Below, piece after piece: positions 28,423 through 41,330 of a DNA stretch of 64,000 bases (position 1 is the first letter of the stretch; each line of letters starts with the position of its first letter). Source of the DNA: Eledone cirrhosa (Eukaryota). Location of the stretch: contig OZ024746.1 in NCBI GenBank assembly GCA_964016885.1, positions 8,370,001 to 8,434,000 on the forward strand. Direction: 5' to 3'. Made by a program: the position numbers and the translations under genes. A model generated the notes under the pieces. The model saw only the letters and a program-made list of their open reading frames with translations. It made no database searches and had not been told where the DNA came from.

Positions 28423-28782
28423 TTAGGGCGGGTAAAATTCCCGAGATCCATGGACGAGTTCTCTCCAGCGGTCTCTGTCCCTCATTATCGCTGCCATGTC
28501 CTGCGTCTCCAACAGATTAGTGTCTGTCCTTAGGACATTTACATATGGTAACCTTGGTCTTCCTCTTCCAGTGTGTCCATGCAGGGGCTCCCACAGGAGC
28601 ACTGAGTGCAGTGTCAACTCTGGATGTCGGTGAGCATGTACAACTAACCTCAGTCTCCTCTGTGCCACTCTCGAGCCGACGTTTGGGAGGCTCCCGTACC
28701 ACTCTGAGTTCTTCATCCTCAGTGTATACTGATTAATGTTCAGAGCCACCCTCAGCATTCGCGTGTAGCACCCAACCATCAT
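28423..28782 (-). mobile_element. RTE-clade LINE 3' fragment
   Basis: GCYTRMLRVALNI..QRRLRL..H..RH..LLWEP..GRGRPR..DRDRWR, typical of the RTE C-terminus. Confidence 0.85.
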
Positions 28783-29473
28783 CTGAGTGAGTTTCAGAGA
28801 GTGTTTTTTGTGTTGGAGATGATATCTTAAGAGATTTTCTTGTAGAATTCATTAGACCGTGGCAAATGTTCGACCGCCCGCACAAGCTCCGTGCCAAACA
28901 CGATCGACAGAGTAAATATTTTTTAACGTTTATATGTATGTATATGTGTATATAAATGTGTGGACGTATATATTTATTTTACGTATCCCTGTACATTTGC
29001 GTACGAATGTCGGTTTGTCGGTCTGTATGTACGTACGTATGTATAGATAGGTAGGTAGATACATAGATATATAGATAAAGAGATATATATTTAGATAGAC
29101 AGAGAGCTATATAGGTAGCTAGTTAGATAGATTGATAGCTAGACAGATAAATAGACAGATAGATAGACAGATAGATATATAGATAGATAGATATATAGAT
29201 AGTTGGATGGATAGATAGATAGATAGATATTTGTATACAATCCTTAAGCGAAAGTGAGTTCTGAAGAAGCTGTTGATTTAGTTTTAATGGCAAAAACAGA
29301 CGGAATATTCTTGATAAGTAGCAAACACTCACCTACTGCCTCACTTTCTCCGCCTTTCTCTCTCACACACACTAGTCTGTACACACACACGTACACACAT
29401 ATTCTCTTTCATAAACACACATACTTAGACACCCATATGGAAAAAAGAGTGAGAAAGGGACCAGCTGATAAGT

Positions 29474-29505
<32 letters not shown>

Positions 29506-29649
29506 TCATACATACACATACGCACAGATACACACGCACACTCATACACACACATACATACCCACTAACACAAACATACAAACACATACACAGATGCATA
29601 CACATACACATATATATATGTAGGGTTGTTAAAATGATTGCAATATTTC

Positions 29650-29772
29650 GGTGGAGACTTCCGGTGTTCTTGGCTCCCGGACCACACCCCTACTCCCTAC
29701 TTACTACTATTGGTGCAGAGTTGGCCGCCCGAAAGTGCAAGCTCCGCAAGGTGGAGTGGCTGTTGCAGCACG

Positions 29773-29774
<2 letters not shown>
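29650..29774 (+). mobile_element. Diverged fragment of the same CRE-like family
   Basis: VETSGVLG..LLTTIGAELAARK. Confidence 0.7.
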
Positions 29775-29825
<51 letters not shown>

Positions 29826-30079
29826 TATATGATAGTTTATTGAAACAGAATCCTTTCTCACCATATGAGTTACACACAGTTTCTAACATATGTTTGTATG
29901 GCAACTGATTTCATTGGTTGGTCCCTAAATATGTTCTTATCAGGTTTTAACCCTTCTCACTCTAGCTTTATGTTTAGATATTACCATTGATTGGCTAGTT
30001 ACTAAATACTATTTTGTTGGGATATTATTTGTTTAATAAAGAAGTATTAGTCTAGTTCTTCCTCTATATGACGTTGCTT

Positions 30080-30171
<92 letters not shown>

Positions 30172-30272
30172 TGAAATTTCCGTTGAAAACAGAAAAGGTC
30201 ATAGAAGTGAAGAGTGCTCTATGTAAGTACCAGAGCAAAATTTAATGTATAAAAATCAATACAATATAATTA

Positions 30273-30342
30273 CCTCATTACCAGAGGTTTCCCGAATGAG
30301 GCGAATACGAAAGAAACGTCTTCATTCGTTCGTCAGACGAGA
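30273..30342 (-). ncRNA. Type I hammerhead motif
   Basis: Minus strand: TCTCGT-CTGACGA-aCGAATGA.../TCATTCGg-GAAA-CC-tct-GG-TA-ATGAGG. Helix I is 6 bp, helix II at least 7 bp with a mismatched first pair, GUA site. The element's 3' end runs into (TA)n at 30083-30167. Confidence 0.75.
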
Positions 30343-30466
30343 AGCAAAAAATTGCTTATTGTGATCCAGTTCGGGGTTAAGAAAGCCAGTTTCATGGATG
30401 GTTTCAACGTACGGTTAGGGGTAACTCCACAAGTTTGTAAGAATTCCGTTCAATCTTGGAGTATAA

Positions 30467-30732
30467 AGTATAAAAGAGAAAACACAGGTAAGCATTAAGA
30501 GAAGGATTTAATCCAGGTATTTATGACCGTTTCATTGGTAAGTGCAACCTTATATTGCTATACTGCAAATAGCAGCCACTCAATTATAATTCACAGTCCA
30601 AATTTTCAAATTTTCAATTATAATTGAGTGGCTGCTATTTGCAGTATAGCAATATAAGGTTGCACTTACCAATGAAACGGTCGTAAATAAAATCCTTCTC
30701 TTAATGCTTACCTGTGTTTTCTCTTTTATACT
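30467..30732. repeat. Fold-back inverted repeat ending in (TA)n, probable PLE terminus
   Basis: Arms 30467-30591 and 30616-30732 are near-identical apart from one short indel; GAAACGGTC at 30674-30682. Confidence 0.8.
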
Positions 30733-30760
30733 ATATATATATATATATATATATATAAAC

Positions 30761-30821
<61 letters not shown>

Positions 30822-30840
30822 CGTAAATATATATATATAT

Positions 30841-30915
30841 AATCATTAGAACATCTGACTGATAAAATGACAAGTCAGTCAATCATATTGATGGCTTCCC
30901 CCACAGCCCCGGCGG
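30841..30915 (-). mobile_element. Same CRE-like family, 75-bp 3' end on (TA)n
   Basis: AATCATTAGAACATCTGACTGATAAAATG is shared with the 31808 copy. Confidence 0.8.
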
Positions 30916-31186
30916 TTTGTTTAATTATTTGTAGATTTCGTTATTTATTGTATCCGGGTTATAGAAATTAACATTAGTTTTCATTGGATCGTTGTCTATT
31001 AGGATTTTGTTTCACTTTTCTTTGATTTGTTTTTTATTGAAGGAACAGCTTTCGTCCCTCAGGTATCTCGACTGATGCCCTTAAATTCTGTTGTTTTTTT
31101 GTTATGCTATTCATCAGTTCAAGGTAAAAGAGGGAGAGAGACGGGAGGAGACGAGGTTAGATATGTTGTTTTACAAAACTATTAAC

Positions 31187-31233
<47 letters not shown>

Positions 31234-31464
31234 GAAACACACAGATACATGCGGACACACACATATATACATGAATGCATCCGCACCCAACTGTGAGTTA
31301 AGGGTGCCAACTTCACCGATGTTGCTCAATGAATGACTGGGACAGACCAATTCAGTTTGAACTAGACTGAACCAGTATCAGAGTTAAAAATACATTATGA
31401 AGAGAGAAGAAACATTTAGATATAATTAGTAATAAAATGTATCATACCTAAACTGCTCCTAAAT

Positions 31465-31554
31465 TCCTCGACTACGTAGTTTCGTGGCATAAACAAAAAC
31501 AATATATCATAAAGATATAGAGTCCCTGCGAGGTCTGCCGACTTATCAAGAGGA
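31465..31554 (-). ncRNA. Decayed type I hammerhead motif with palindromic helix III
   Basis: Minus strand: TCCTC-TTGATAA (two core substitutions)-GTcGGCA...TGCCAC-GAA-ACTACGTAGT (perfect palindrome)-C-GAGGA. GUC site. Confidence 0.7.
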
Positions 31555-31807
31555 TACCTCATTTTACTAGTCTCAAGAACGCGTCTACACGACGTGAGAA
31601 AGAATCCCAAAAGGCGGAGGGGGAGATAGTCACGCGATATAACGGTCGAGAAACAGAGCTAAGCCTCTTATAACCACGAAGAAAATACCACGGAGGCGGA
31701 GGGGGTATCCACATCGAGGCCGCAGAAGAGGTGGTGAAGAAGGCTAGAAGTATGAGCAATGGAAGCTTTCCAGTTGTCCCCACATGATTATATATATATA
31801 TATATAT

Positions 31808-32058
31808 AATCATTAGAACATCTGACTGATAAAATGTCAAGTCAGTGAATCATATTGGGGACCTCCCCACAGCCCCGGCGGACAGAATGGAGAAGGCGTT
31901 TCCCCGGAAGACGGCAAGGGAGACGCGCTGGAAAAGCCATTCCAACTCGCGTGGCTCACACCTGCGGCTGGCCAGCTCAGCGCCTATGGTGGTGAGTAGG
32001 GAGGTAGCCCTAGAGCCGAGGACACCAGAAGTCTCCACTGCCAAGGAGAGCGACGGGT
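31808..32058 (-). mobile_element. Same CRE-like family, 5'-truncated, 3' end on (TA)n
   Basis: Near-identical to 46890-47130; AVETSGVLG..LFQRVSLAVFRGNAFSIL. Confidence 0.85.
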
Positions 32059-32819
32059 GTTTGCAGAATAGTTCAAGGTTTGACTTTTATCTGTTGTCGC
32101 TAAATATTATTCTGTTGGTATGTCACTATGCTCTTGTTTTCAGTTCGTTTATCATTAATGTCAGTGTGACGTCTGCCTGTCATTTTCTTGACTGTCACTG
32201 TTCATTCACTTCTACTCTCCACAGTTATTACATTATCAGATCAAAGTAAGAATTCAATAATAAGATAAAGTATATTAGAAATAATAATAAAACTTCTAAA
32301 CTAAAATAAATATAAAATGTTACACAACATGGTACCCCCCCCCATTATAACACCGAAGTAAGTTTTTCTATTAAGTGTTTTTCAAATTTATACATAAGCA
32401 CAATAATCACGTATTTTATGACAATATGGTTAGTTATCCAACTAAAATATCTTCGCAGAATCACCATCTAAAACCAGCCGCAAGAACACATATATTCTAC
32501 TATTCATAATACAATTCCATCATAGTATATATATCTTGACTAATGTTTTTCAAATGGTAAATACCCGGCAAGCTCTAAATTTTATTTCGATAAAGTACAC
32601 TCGTAAATGAAAAAAATATTAAAGAACATATTTTTTTAATGGCGAATACATTTAAATTGAAGTATAAACATCACATGTATACTTTCAGACATATAAATAT
32701 TATTTTGTCGAAATACATTTGGGTTTTGAAAGATAAACATCCTAATTTCGATATCAAATAGAAAATCTAGAATTATGCTAAAATTTACAATCAAGTTTTT
32801 ACAAGAAATTTGACTCAAT

Positions 32820-33170
32820 TTCGAGTCTTTCTTGCAAATCCTGACAAATTTACAACTGGTTTGCTTTTTGCCCCACAGACAAATGTTTGGGCACTAGTTT
32901 TGCACAAATATTTCGCATGTGAAAATGGTCTGTTAGAAATCTTTCACCATCACCGCTCGCACCACTTCCCCATTTTGTTTATTTGTTGACGAGAATGCGG
33001 TTCGTCTTCAACATTTTCTCGGCCGTCTTTGAAAGCGTTGTGCCACTTAAAAATCTTACTTCTCAATAAAGTGACACCTCCATAAGGCTGTGTTAAATAA
33101 TTAAATGTTTTGGTGGCAGTTTTGTTGAGTTTTACACAAAATAAAACTATCTGAAGTAAAATTGTTTTAT
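32820..33170 (-). pseudogene. Mariner transposase N-terminal relic
   Basis: FCVKLNKTATKTF..YG..KWHNAFKDGRENVEDEPHS followed by HMRNICAKLVPKHL (WVPHEL-like motif); frameshifted. Confidence 0.85.
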
Positions 33171-33296
33171 TGATAGGCAAATATTTTTCTATTACACATA
33201 TTCAGTCATGTCTTGTGATCCTTTTATATATTTTCCCATAGCTTTTCTTTCAATAACTTTAGCATATGCTCAATATTTCTACAATATGCATTGTAA

Positions 33297-34880
33297 ATGT
33301 ATATCAGATTCCTAGATTGAAAACTCAAAATTGATATTACTGTATAGCTTGTTGGTTGTATTATGAAATATTTCTGTACCGCTGTATGTACTTTAAAATC
33401 AACGAAAGCCACCAACATTTTCTATCACTCTAGTTGATACTTCTTAAGAGTGCTGTATAGCATGCGCGAATGTTTGATTTTGCTGTTCGGAAGGTAAACA
33501 TGTTTATTTTACTGCAAGTCTTTCGTTATAATCTTGAACAAAATATTCATTTCTGTTGCTCAGATCTATTCTAGTAAGTTTTAAAAGAATCGATCCTCTG
33601 ACTAGATTAAGCTCATTGATTCTCTGATTAGTCTCATGTTTTTTTACAATTATGGTACATACGTAATGTATTAAAGGGTATGATGATAATGATCAAGAAC
33701 ATATGTAAAGTTACCATGATAAACTTTAGTCTACGATATACTTTTTACGCATTTAAATGAATGCTTCTATTTAAATGATTGCTTTTGTAAGATGAAAGTA
33801 TTAGAGCTTATTTTCTGATAGGATTTATCACTTTATATAAATCCACTTTTGAAACTAATTTCTTATAAGACTAGCTTTTATGTTAAATCAATTTGTTTAT
33901 TAAGCTGTGAATCTAATAATTCATGTGATTCAGACATATATTTGCAGAGAGCTTAGTTTCACAATTGCTGCTCCCCATCTCCAAGTTCCACAGTTGCTTA
34001 GCACTCACAGTTGCACATCACTGACTTAGAGAACAAAGCAACAACACTTTCTTATTTAGAAATATTATGCTGTTGTTTCATACAATATATTTGTAGAGCG
34101 GTAGTATCGGGTTAAGCATTCACTTTGAAGAGAAAATTAAATGTTTTTTTTTTATGTTCCATTACAAAGGTTAAATGTACGTTTTTATAGCTGTCAAGCT
34201 CTACAAACAAAATACATTATATGGTAGATTAGTTCTAGTTCCCTGGTCGAATATATAGCTCAATTTCATGGATCAGATTTTACCATTCTAGATATCAATG
34301 ATTCAGGTCTCTTGCATTGATTTGCATGAGAACGCCATGATAACATTAAACAGTTGTTACCAGTAGCAATATTGTGGCAATTAGAATAAAGAAGTAAATG
34401 ACAGTAGCTTTATCATCTATGATTACATTGATTAAGGTTATTTCATTCAAAATATTCATCTACCCAATTATATGGAGTACGAGTAAAACTATCCTTCACT
34501 AACGAGGTTTAATAAAACCAAAACATACCTATCATTGTCATTGTATATACCAAAGATCAGAATCATTTATTACTGCGTGATCTCATTAAACTTCAATCAA
34601 TTTGGATTTTGGAATTATCACCACACCTTTCTTGATAAGAATTATCATTTAGATGTAATTTCGATTGATTAAGGAAAATCAAACATTCGTGCATGCTATA
34701 CAGCACTCTTAAGAAGTATTAACTAGAGTGATAGAAAATATTGGTGGCTTTCGTTGACTTTAAAGTACATACAGCTGTACAGAAATATTTCATAATACAA
34801 CCAACAAGCTATACAGTAATATCAATTTTGAGTTTTCAGCCTTTAAAATGCCTTCTTGAAATCTAAAAATCTGATATACA
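33297..34880. repeat. About 185-bp inverted repeat pair with a 1.2-kb spacer
   Basis: 33297-33481 is the reverse complement of 34675-34880 with a few substitutions and one indel of about 20 bp. Confidence 0.85.
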
Positions 34881-35011
34881 GCTTAACATTTTGCCCTGAC
34901 TATATCATGCTCTGCGCCAGAATCAGATTTCGATTTAACATTTATAACATATGTTGATTTACTACTCTGTCAGTGAGGGTAAGAAATCTAAATGTTACAG
35001 ATAACATTATT

Positions 35012-35197
35012 ATGGTGGATTGGCAGTATCGGTGGAGGGTCGGACGCCATGCTTTCCAGCATAGTTACGTCCCTTTACAATCTGAGTTCAAATCCCGCCG
35101 AGGTTGACTTTGCCTTTCATCCTTATGGGGTCGATAAAATAAAGTACCAGTAATGTACTGGGTAATTGCTGGCCTTGTGCCAAAAGTAGAAACAATT
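35012..35197 (+). mobile_element. SINE family A, full length
   Basis: A-box-like TGGCAGTATCGG, B-box and shared 3' end. Confidence 0.88.
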
Positions 35198-36548
35198 ATT
35201 ATGTAACGATATTTAGAAAGTATGAGATTTATTGAGATTAGCTAAGATTAGAGCAGATGACGTACGTGTACAACGAGTCAATGAAAACTAACAATTTTGA
35301 CATTAATTAACGCTGAGATTTGCTAAAGAAGAACTTGAGTTCAAATATTTAAGAGAATGGATGTATAACACACAAATATTTCAAAATAAAAGTAGCAGTT
35401 AAGTATCAGATAACGAATAGTGTGGATATTTCTACGAAGAGATTGTTAGTAATACATATTGCTGATTTAGTGTTTGTTCACAATAGACAATATAAATGGG
35501 CGATACAACGATACTTAGATAATAATTTGGATGGTACATATCTTATAACTAACAAGAAGCCGTACAAATGTCATATAGAAAATTTAATCAAAGTAGCGTG
35601 AAATTACAGTTGCCACTTCAAACTGGTATTACGAAAGCTAATTAAAGGTAAAATAAGGTAAAAGCAGGTAAAGAGTAAGACACAGGTTTCACACAATTCT
35701 ATGCCATTATAAAATTCTCCACCTTTCCACTAATGCAAACAACCTTGACATTCTTTCGGTTACCTTTTTCTGTATCTCTATATTAGATAATTTATAACGA
35801 TATTACACATTAGTCTAGTTTACCTGCTAGTTTCATGCGGAAATCAAACTTTAATAACATACACCATGTGTTTATGACTGAGAAATCAGGAGAAATGTGT
35901 TTTCTATGATAGAAGTATGGAAAGAGATCAGCTAAGGATGACAATTCTTTTGTTTTATATCGTTAAATTGTTTCTCCTTTAGGACATAATAGTTACATGG
36001 GTAGGGAAGTATATTTTTTCATATCATATATCAAGTTGAAAAAGTGTGAATGGGCGGTGCCAAACATATTGGAGGTGTTGTAGTTTAGAAAATGAATTTT
36101 CCAAGTTGCAAACAGGTTCTTTAAAAAATGAGGGCACGACGTAAATATATGGTTCTTGATATTGAGATATTAGAGTTTATTAGTCATTGAAGAATTAAAG
36201 TCTTTTCTAATTAATGTAACCCACCACACAACTATTCTGTCCTAAAAAATTGTATTCTGTGTTTTTCTGTCACCAATTCACTAACAATAAATTATATATT
36301 TAACCACTGAACTGTATCATGTTAGATTTTATTTTACGAGGGTCGGCTGAAAAGGTCATAGACCAACCAAAATACTCTCATGGAATGATCAAATAAGGTT
36401 TATTTTTTAACATAGTCCTTAGGAAGAAACAATGCAGTTATTAGTAAAAAGAGTTGAAATGAATGCATGCTATTGTATATATTACTCTATTGTAAATAAC
36501 AATACAACGTTTCTTTTTCCATTTTATTTTTAGTGTCGTTATCTCATC

Positions 36549-36740
36549 TATAAAGTTAGCACACCAACCTAACATTTACGATTTAAAAATGCAGTTTGCT
36601 TTAAAATGATGCAGGTTTTGTGTTCAGGGATATATAGTTAAACCAACTAATAACTGTTTCTACTTTAGGCACAAGGCCAGCAATTACCCAGTGCATTACT
36701 GGTACTTTATTTTACTAATAACGCCAGCCAACAACGTAAG

Positions 36741-36824
<84 letters not shown>

Positions 36825-36948
36825 CTTACGTTGTTAGCTGGCGTTATTAGTTGTTTTAACTATATATCCCTGAACACAAAACCTGCATCATTTTAAAGCA
36901 GACTGCATTTTTAAATCGTAAATATTAGGTTGGTGTGCTAACTTTATA
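36549..36948. repeat. Palindrome centred on a (TA)n tract
   Basis: 36549-36741 (minus a SINE insertion) is the reverse complement of 36824-36948 with a few substitutions; (TA)n occupies 36742-36823. Confidence 0.9.
36655..36713 (-). mobile_element. 5'-truncated family A SINE with 9-bp TSD
   Basis: ACTAATAAC at 36646-36654 and 36714-36722; the insert is absent from the opposite palindrome arm. Confidence 0.9.
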
Positions 36949-37580
36949 TATATATTCAATTAGTTAACGAGAAGTTTATCTATTTAGTCAAATGTATACT
37001 ACTACCAAAAGAATCCAGACGTAATACAGATCTGATACCACAAACTGAACTTACAACGGATTTAGGAAGTGTGTAAAAAGGAAATTTCTAAATATATGAA
37101 TATACAAAAAGACTGTGAGAAACCTTTATCAGACAATTATTAACAGTTGTGACAGTTTGGGGGGGATACTAAATTCTAACGTTATTTAGTAGTTTTAAAT
37201 CTCGTTTATATTTTTGATAGAGATATCATTTCGCCATTCTATATGATATTAATTAAAGGTTATTTAAATGCCACCGTCATATGCCATATTAATGAGTGAG
37301 ATCACTCTTAAATCAGTTATCGATGACATTTACTATAAAGTCTATAAGATTATTTCTTCATTTGGATAAAAATATAGAAATTTCTTGAAAGAGAAAGAAA
37401 ACTTGATGGACGACATATCATCTAAAATATAACATCTAGAATATATTTCTAGTTCGAGAAAAGAAAGAATATCCGCGAATGAATTCAAATATTTTGTAGA
37501 TGAATTTAATAACAGAAGGTGGAAGAGGAGGTTACATGTTAACTCTAACACATTAACCTTTAACCGTTGAAGAACATTTC

Positions 37581-37691
<111 letters not shown>

Positions 37692-37716
37692 ACGCACACA
37701 CACACATATATATATA

Positions 37717-37918
37717 TATGAGGCTCGGGTGAAAAGTTAATAGACTGAAAAGTTGATAGGCTGACCAAGATACTCTCATGGAATGACCAAATGAGGTTTA
37801 TTTTTTAACATAGTCACTGGAAAGAAACAATGCAGTTATTAATAAGAAGAATTGAAATTAATGCATGCAAGATTTCACAGCTCTAGCATCACTCCTTCAT
37901 AGTCAGCCGACCCTAATA
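37717..37918. mobile_element. Mariner-derived MITE; related copies at about 19368-19552, 26768-26957 and 36335-36470
   Basis: TIR-like TACGAGGGTCGGCTGAAAAG..ATAGGCTGACC and a shared internal ATACTCTCATGGAATGACCAAAT; TA ends. Confidence 0.75.
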
Positions 37919-38016
37919 TATTTACGTCTTCATATTTGAAATAAAAATGAACATTTCTTGTAATAGGTAATAGATTATTGGTTTACCATGGAGGATTTCA
38001 TCTTGATGTATTGTGT

Positions 38017-38075
<59 letters not shown>

Positions 38076-38162
38076 TGGGGAGAGAGAGTGATAGGGAGAG
38101 AAAGAGAGAGGTAGCGAGAGAGAGAGAAAGAAAGAGAGGAAGAGATAGAGAAAGAGAGTGAG

Positions 38163-38222
<60 letters not shown>

Positions 38223-39011
38223 CGAAAGAGATAGAAGTACAACTGTAGCTAGCCAAATAGAGGCGAGAGATCTACCCTTCGTTATCTGTTAATGAAGCTG
38301 TTTTTACGACCAAGATAATTAACTCTCCAATTACCCAGTTGTCTGGCTGTTAATAGATACCACATTTTAAAACAAAACATGGTTTCGTCGTTGTTGTTGT
38401 TGTTGTTGTTCAGACACCAAGCTCCTGCATTCCAACCAGGGCCATACTTATATTTTTTATTTTATTTTAGGTATAGTGTACTCTGGATTATATCCAGAGT
38501 ATCCTTCTTTTTTTAAAGACGGTAGTGTTAGTTGAGGGGGGATTTAGTTGTTATTTCTAGTAGTTAAAACGATCCCATAGAGGCTTCTACGATGGATCGT
38601 CCCGTGGTCATGGGTTTGCAGTGTAGGTCTACCCTACAGTTGAGCCTCTGAACAGAGTTCCTTAATCCTTTTACCTTGTCTTACCATTGGATTTATACTC
38701 TGCTAACAATTACAGGATACGTGTTATGGCTGGAGTTTGTTACAGTCTAACTCAGGTTTGTTTTCTTGCTCAGAAGAAAAGACAAATACTGACGGTACTT
38801 GTCAGGTTCTTTAGACTGGTGGGAGGGAAGAGGACGTTTTCTTCAAGCCAATGTCTTGGCTTGAATGATTACATGACTTCACTAAAGACACACAAGGATC
38901 AGATGATGTTGTTAAAACTGCTTCTATAACTGAAATAAATATGGATAAGTTTATTCCGTTTTCGAATCGAGACAAACGAAATGTTATGCTAAGATCTGAA
39001 ATAACGTAAAA

Positions 39012-39755
39012 CTACTTATCGCAGTTATTCCTTAAATTACCTACTTACTGCTGTTATTCCTTAAATTACCTACTTACTGCTGTTATTCCTTAAATAACCT
39101 ACTTACTGCTGTTATTCCTTAAATAACCTACTTACTGCTGTTATTCCTTAAATGACCTACGTAGCGTTGTTATTCATTAAATGACCTACTTACTGTTGTT
39201 ATTCCTTAAATGACCTACTTACCGCTGTTATTCCTTAAACAACCTACTTACTGCTGTTAGTCCTTAACCAACCTACTTACTGCTGTTATACCTTAAATGA
39301 CCTACGTATCGTTGTTATTCCTTAAATACCCTACTTACTGCTGTTATTCCTTAAGTGACCTACTTACTGATGTTATTCCTTAAACGACTTACCGTTGCTA
39401 TTCCTTAAATGACCTACTTACCGTTGTTATTCCTTAAATGACCTACTTACCGTTGTTATTCCTTAAATTACCTACTTACCGTTGTTATTCCTTAAACGAC
39501 CTACTTACAGTTGTTATTCCTTAAATGCCCTACTTATTGCTGTTATTCCTTAAATGACCTACTTATCGTTATTCCTTAAATGACCTACTTACTGCTGTTA
39601 TTCCTTAAATTACCTGCTTATCGCTCTTATTCCTTAAATAACCTACTTACTGCTGTTATTCCTTAAATTACCTGCTTATCGCTCTTATTCCTTAAATAAC
39701 CTACTTATCACTGTTATTCCTTAAATGATTTACTTACCTCTGTTATTCCCCAAGT
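39012..39755. repeat. 29-bp minisatellite, about 25 copies
   Basis: CTACTTACTGCTGTTATTCCTTAAATGAC variants. Confidence 0.95.
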
Positions 39756-40725
39756 GATCTTCGTTAAAGTATTCAACACCTGACACGGAGTACGAATCAG
39801 CAACTCCCAATGATGGCATTTATATTTACTCGGTGATCGCGCTTTTCTAATTTAGCTATTAGAACATTTTAATTAAATATCAAATGAGCGAGAGAGAAAA
39901 GAAATGAAAAGAAAGAAGAAAGACAAAAAAATGGAAAACAAAAGAAAAAACCCAACAATAACAAGCAATAAATAAGGTAAAAAGGGGTGGGGGGATGATT
40001 GAACATTTCTGAAGCTTCTGTTGAAAAATACTGTCAAAAGAGAAACATGTAAAAATCAATATGAATATCTAATGTATAATAGTGAAGAAATCTGGCATAT
40101 CTCGCCGGCTGCACAGTGTGATGACGTTAACACTCTAAACTGAGTTAATATCAGATTTCCATGGAGATAAAATTAGATTAGTTCCCCAGTAGGGTTGTAA
40201 TGTTGAAGTAGTAATAACTTCAGCAATTATTCTACAGAGCATACCGATACTGTTGGTGTTTCATCCAGTTATATTTAGCATTTTTTGTCAGATGGATTTG
40301 AATAAATTGGTAAGATAGCAACTAACTAAATAGACATTATACATAACCTCTCAAATAATAGTTAACGCGTTGTTTTAAGAGGAAACTGGTTAGTCAGTCA
40401 CAAAAATGCAGATTGGCCTTATTCTTATTGTTATATATATATGATAGATGATATTCAAATAACCTTTTTAGACCTTCACTCATTGATATAAAGTATGTTA
40501 TGCAGAAAGTTGAAAATTATCTTGGTTGTAAATGAATACATCATTTCAACCATTTAACTGTACATATCTATTAGCCAAAGTATCTCACAACAGCCAGGAA
40601 TGCAATAGCATGAAGTAAAAGATGACAAAAGAACAACAATTTCTAACACAGGCACATATTTACTTTATTGGAACATATTTCACTGACCTCTCTGTATAAT
40701 AGAATTTAACATCGATTTCAGCGGG

Positions 40726-40861
<136 letters not shown>

Positions 40862-41159
40862 GTGATATAAGGTTTATGTAAATTTACTATAAACTTTATT
40901 AGTTTTATTAAAAGAATTAAGGAAACTAGGTCAATTCTTTTGTTTATTTTTCACACTTTCTTTCTGGTTCTCTCTGGTTCTTTATCGGGACGGGGTAGGG
41001 TGTATGTCAGGCCTGGCGATGGGTGGCCACCACCAGGTTTAAATACCACTTCTACTCCATCAGGAGTTCAAGTCTCATACATTGTTAAATGGAAATCAGC
41101 TTAGCTCTGTTTCATTGTGGGGGGTTAAAGATTACCACCTGAACAGAACGCCAATCCAT

Positions 41160-41330
41160 CGTAGGGGTAACTCTTAGCTGTTGTTGCTACTCATTTGCAA
41201 CTGAGTTGACTGGAACAACGCAAAATGAAGTGTTTTGATTAAGACCACAACTCACCAACCGGTCTCGGAATCGCACCAACAACATTATGATTGTAGGCTG
41301 AACATTCTAACCAGAAAGTTACACACCTTC
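41160..41330 (-). mobile_element. SINE family B, diverged
   Basis: CTCATTTGCAACTGAGTTGACTGGAACAACG..AAGTGTTTTG. Confidence 0.6.

Noticed and set aside
31037-31122. CTGATGA...GAAA with TTGAA/TTCAA flanks (minus strand)
   Set aside because: Helix II does not pair and the cleavage triplet is out of register.
39012-39755. 29-bp repeat as a CRISPR array
   Set aside because: It has no spacers and is an ordinary minisatellite.
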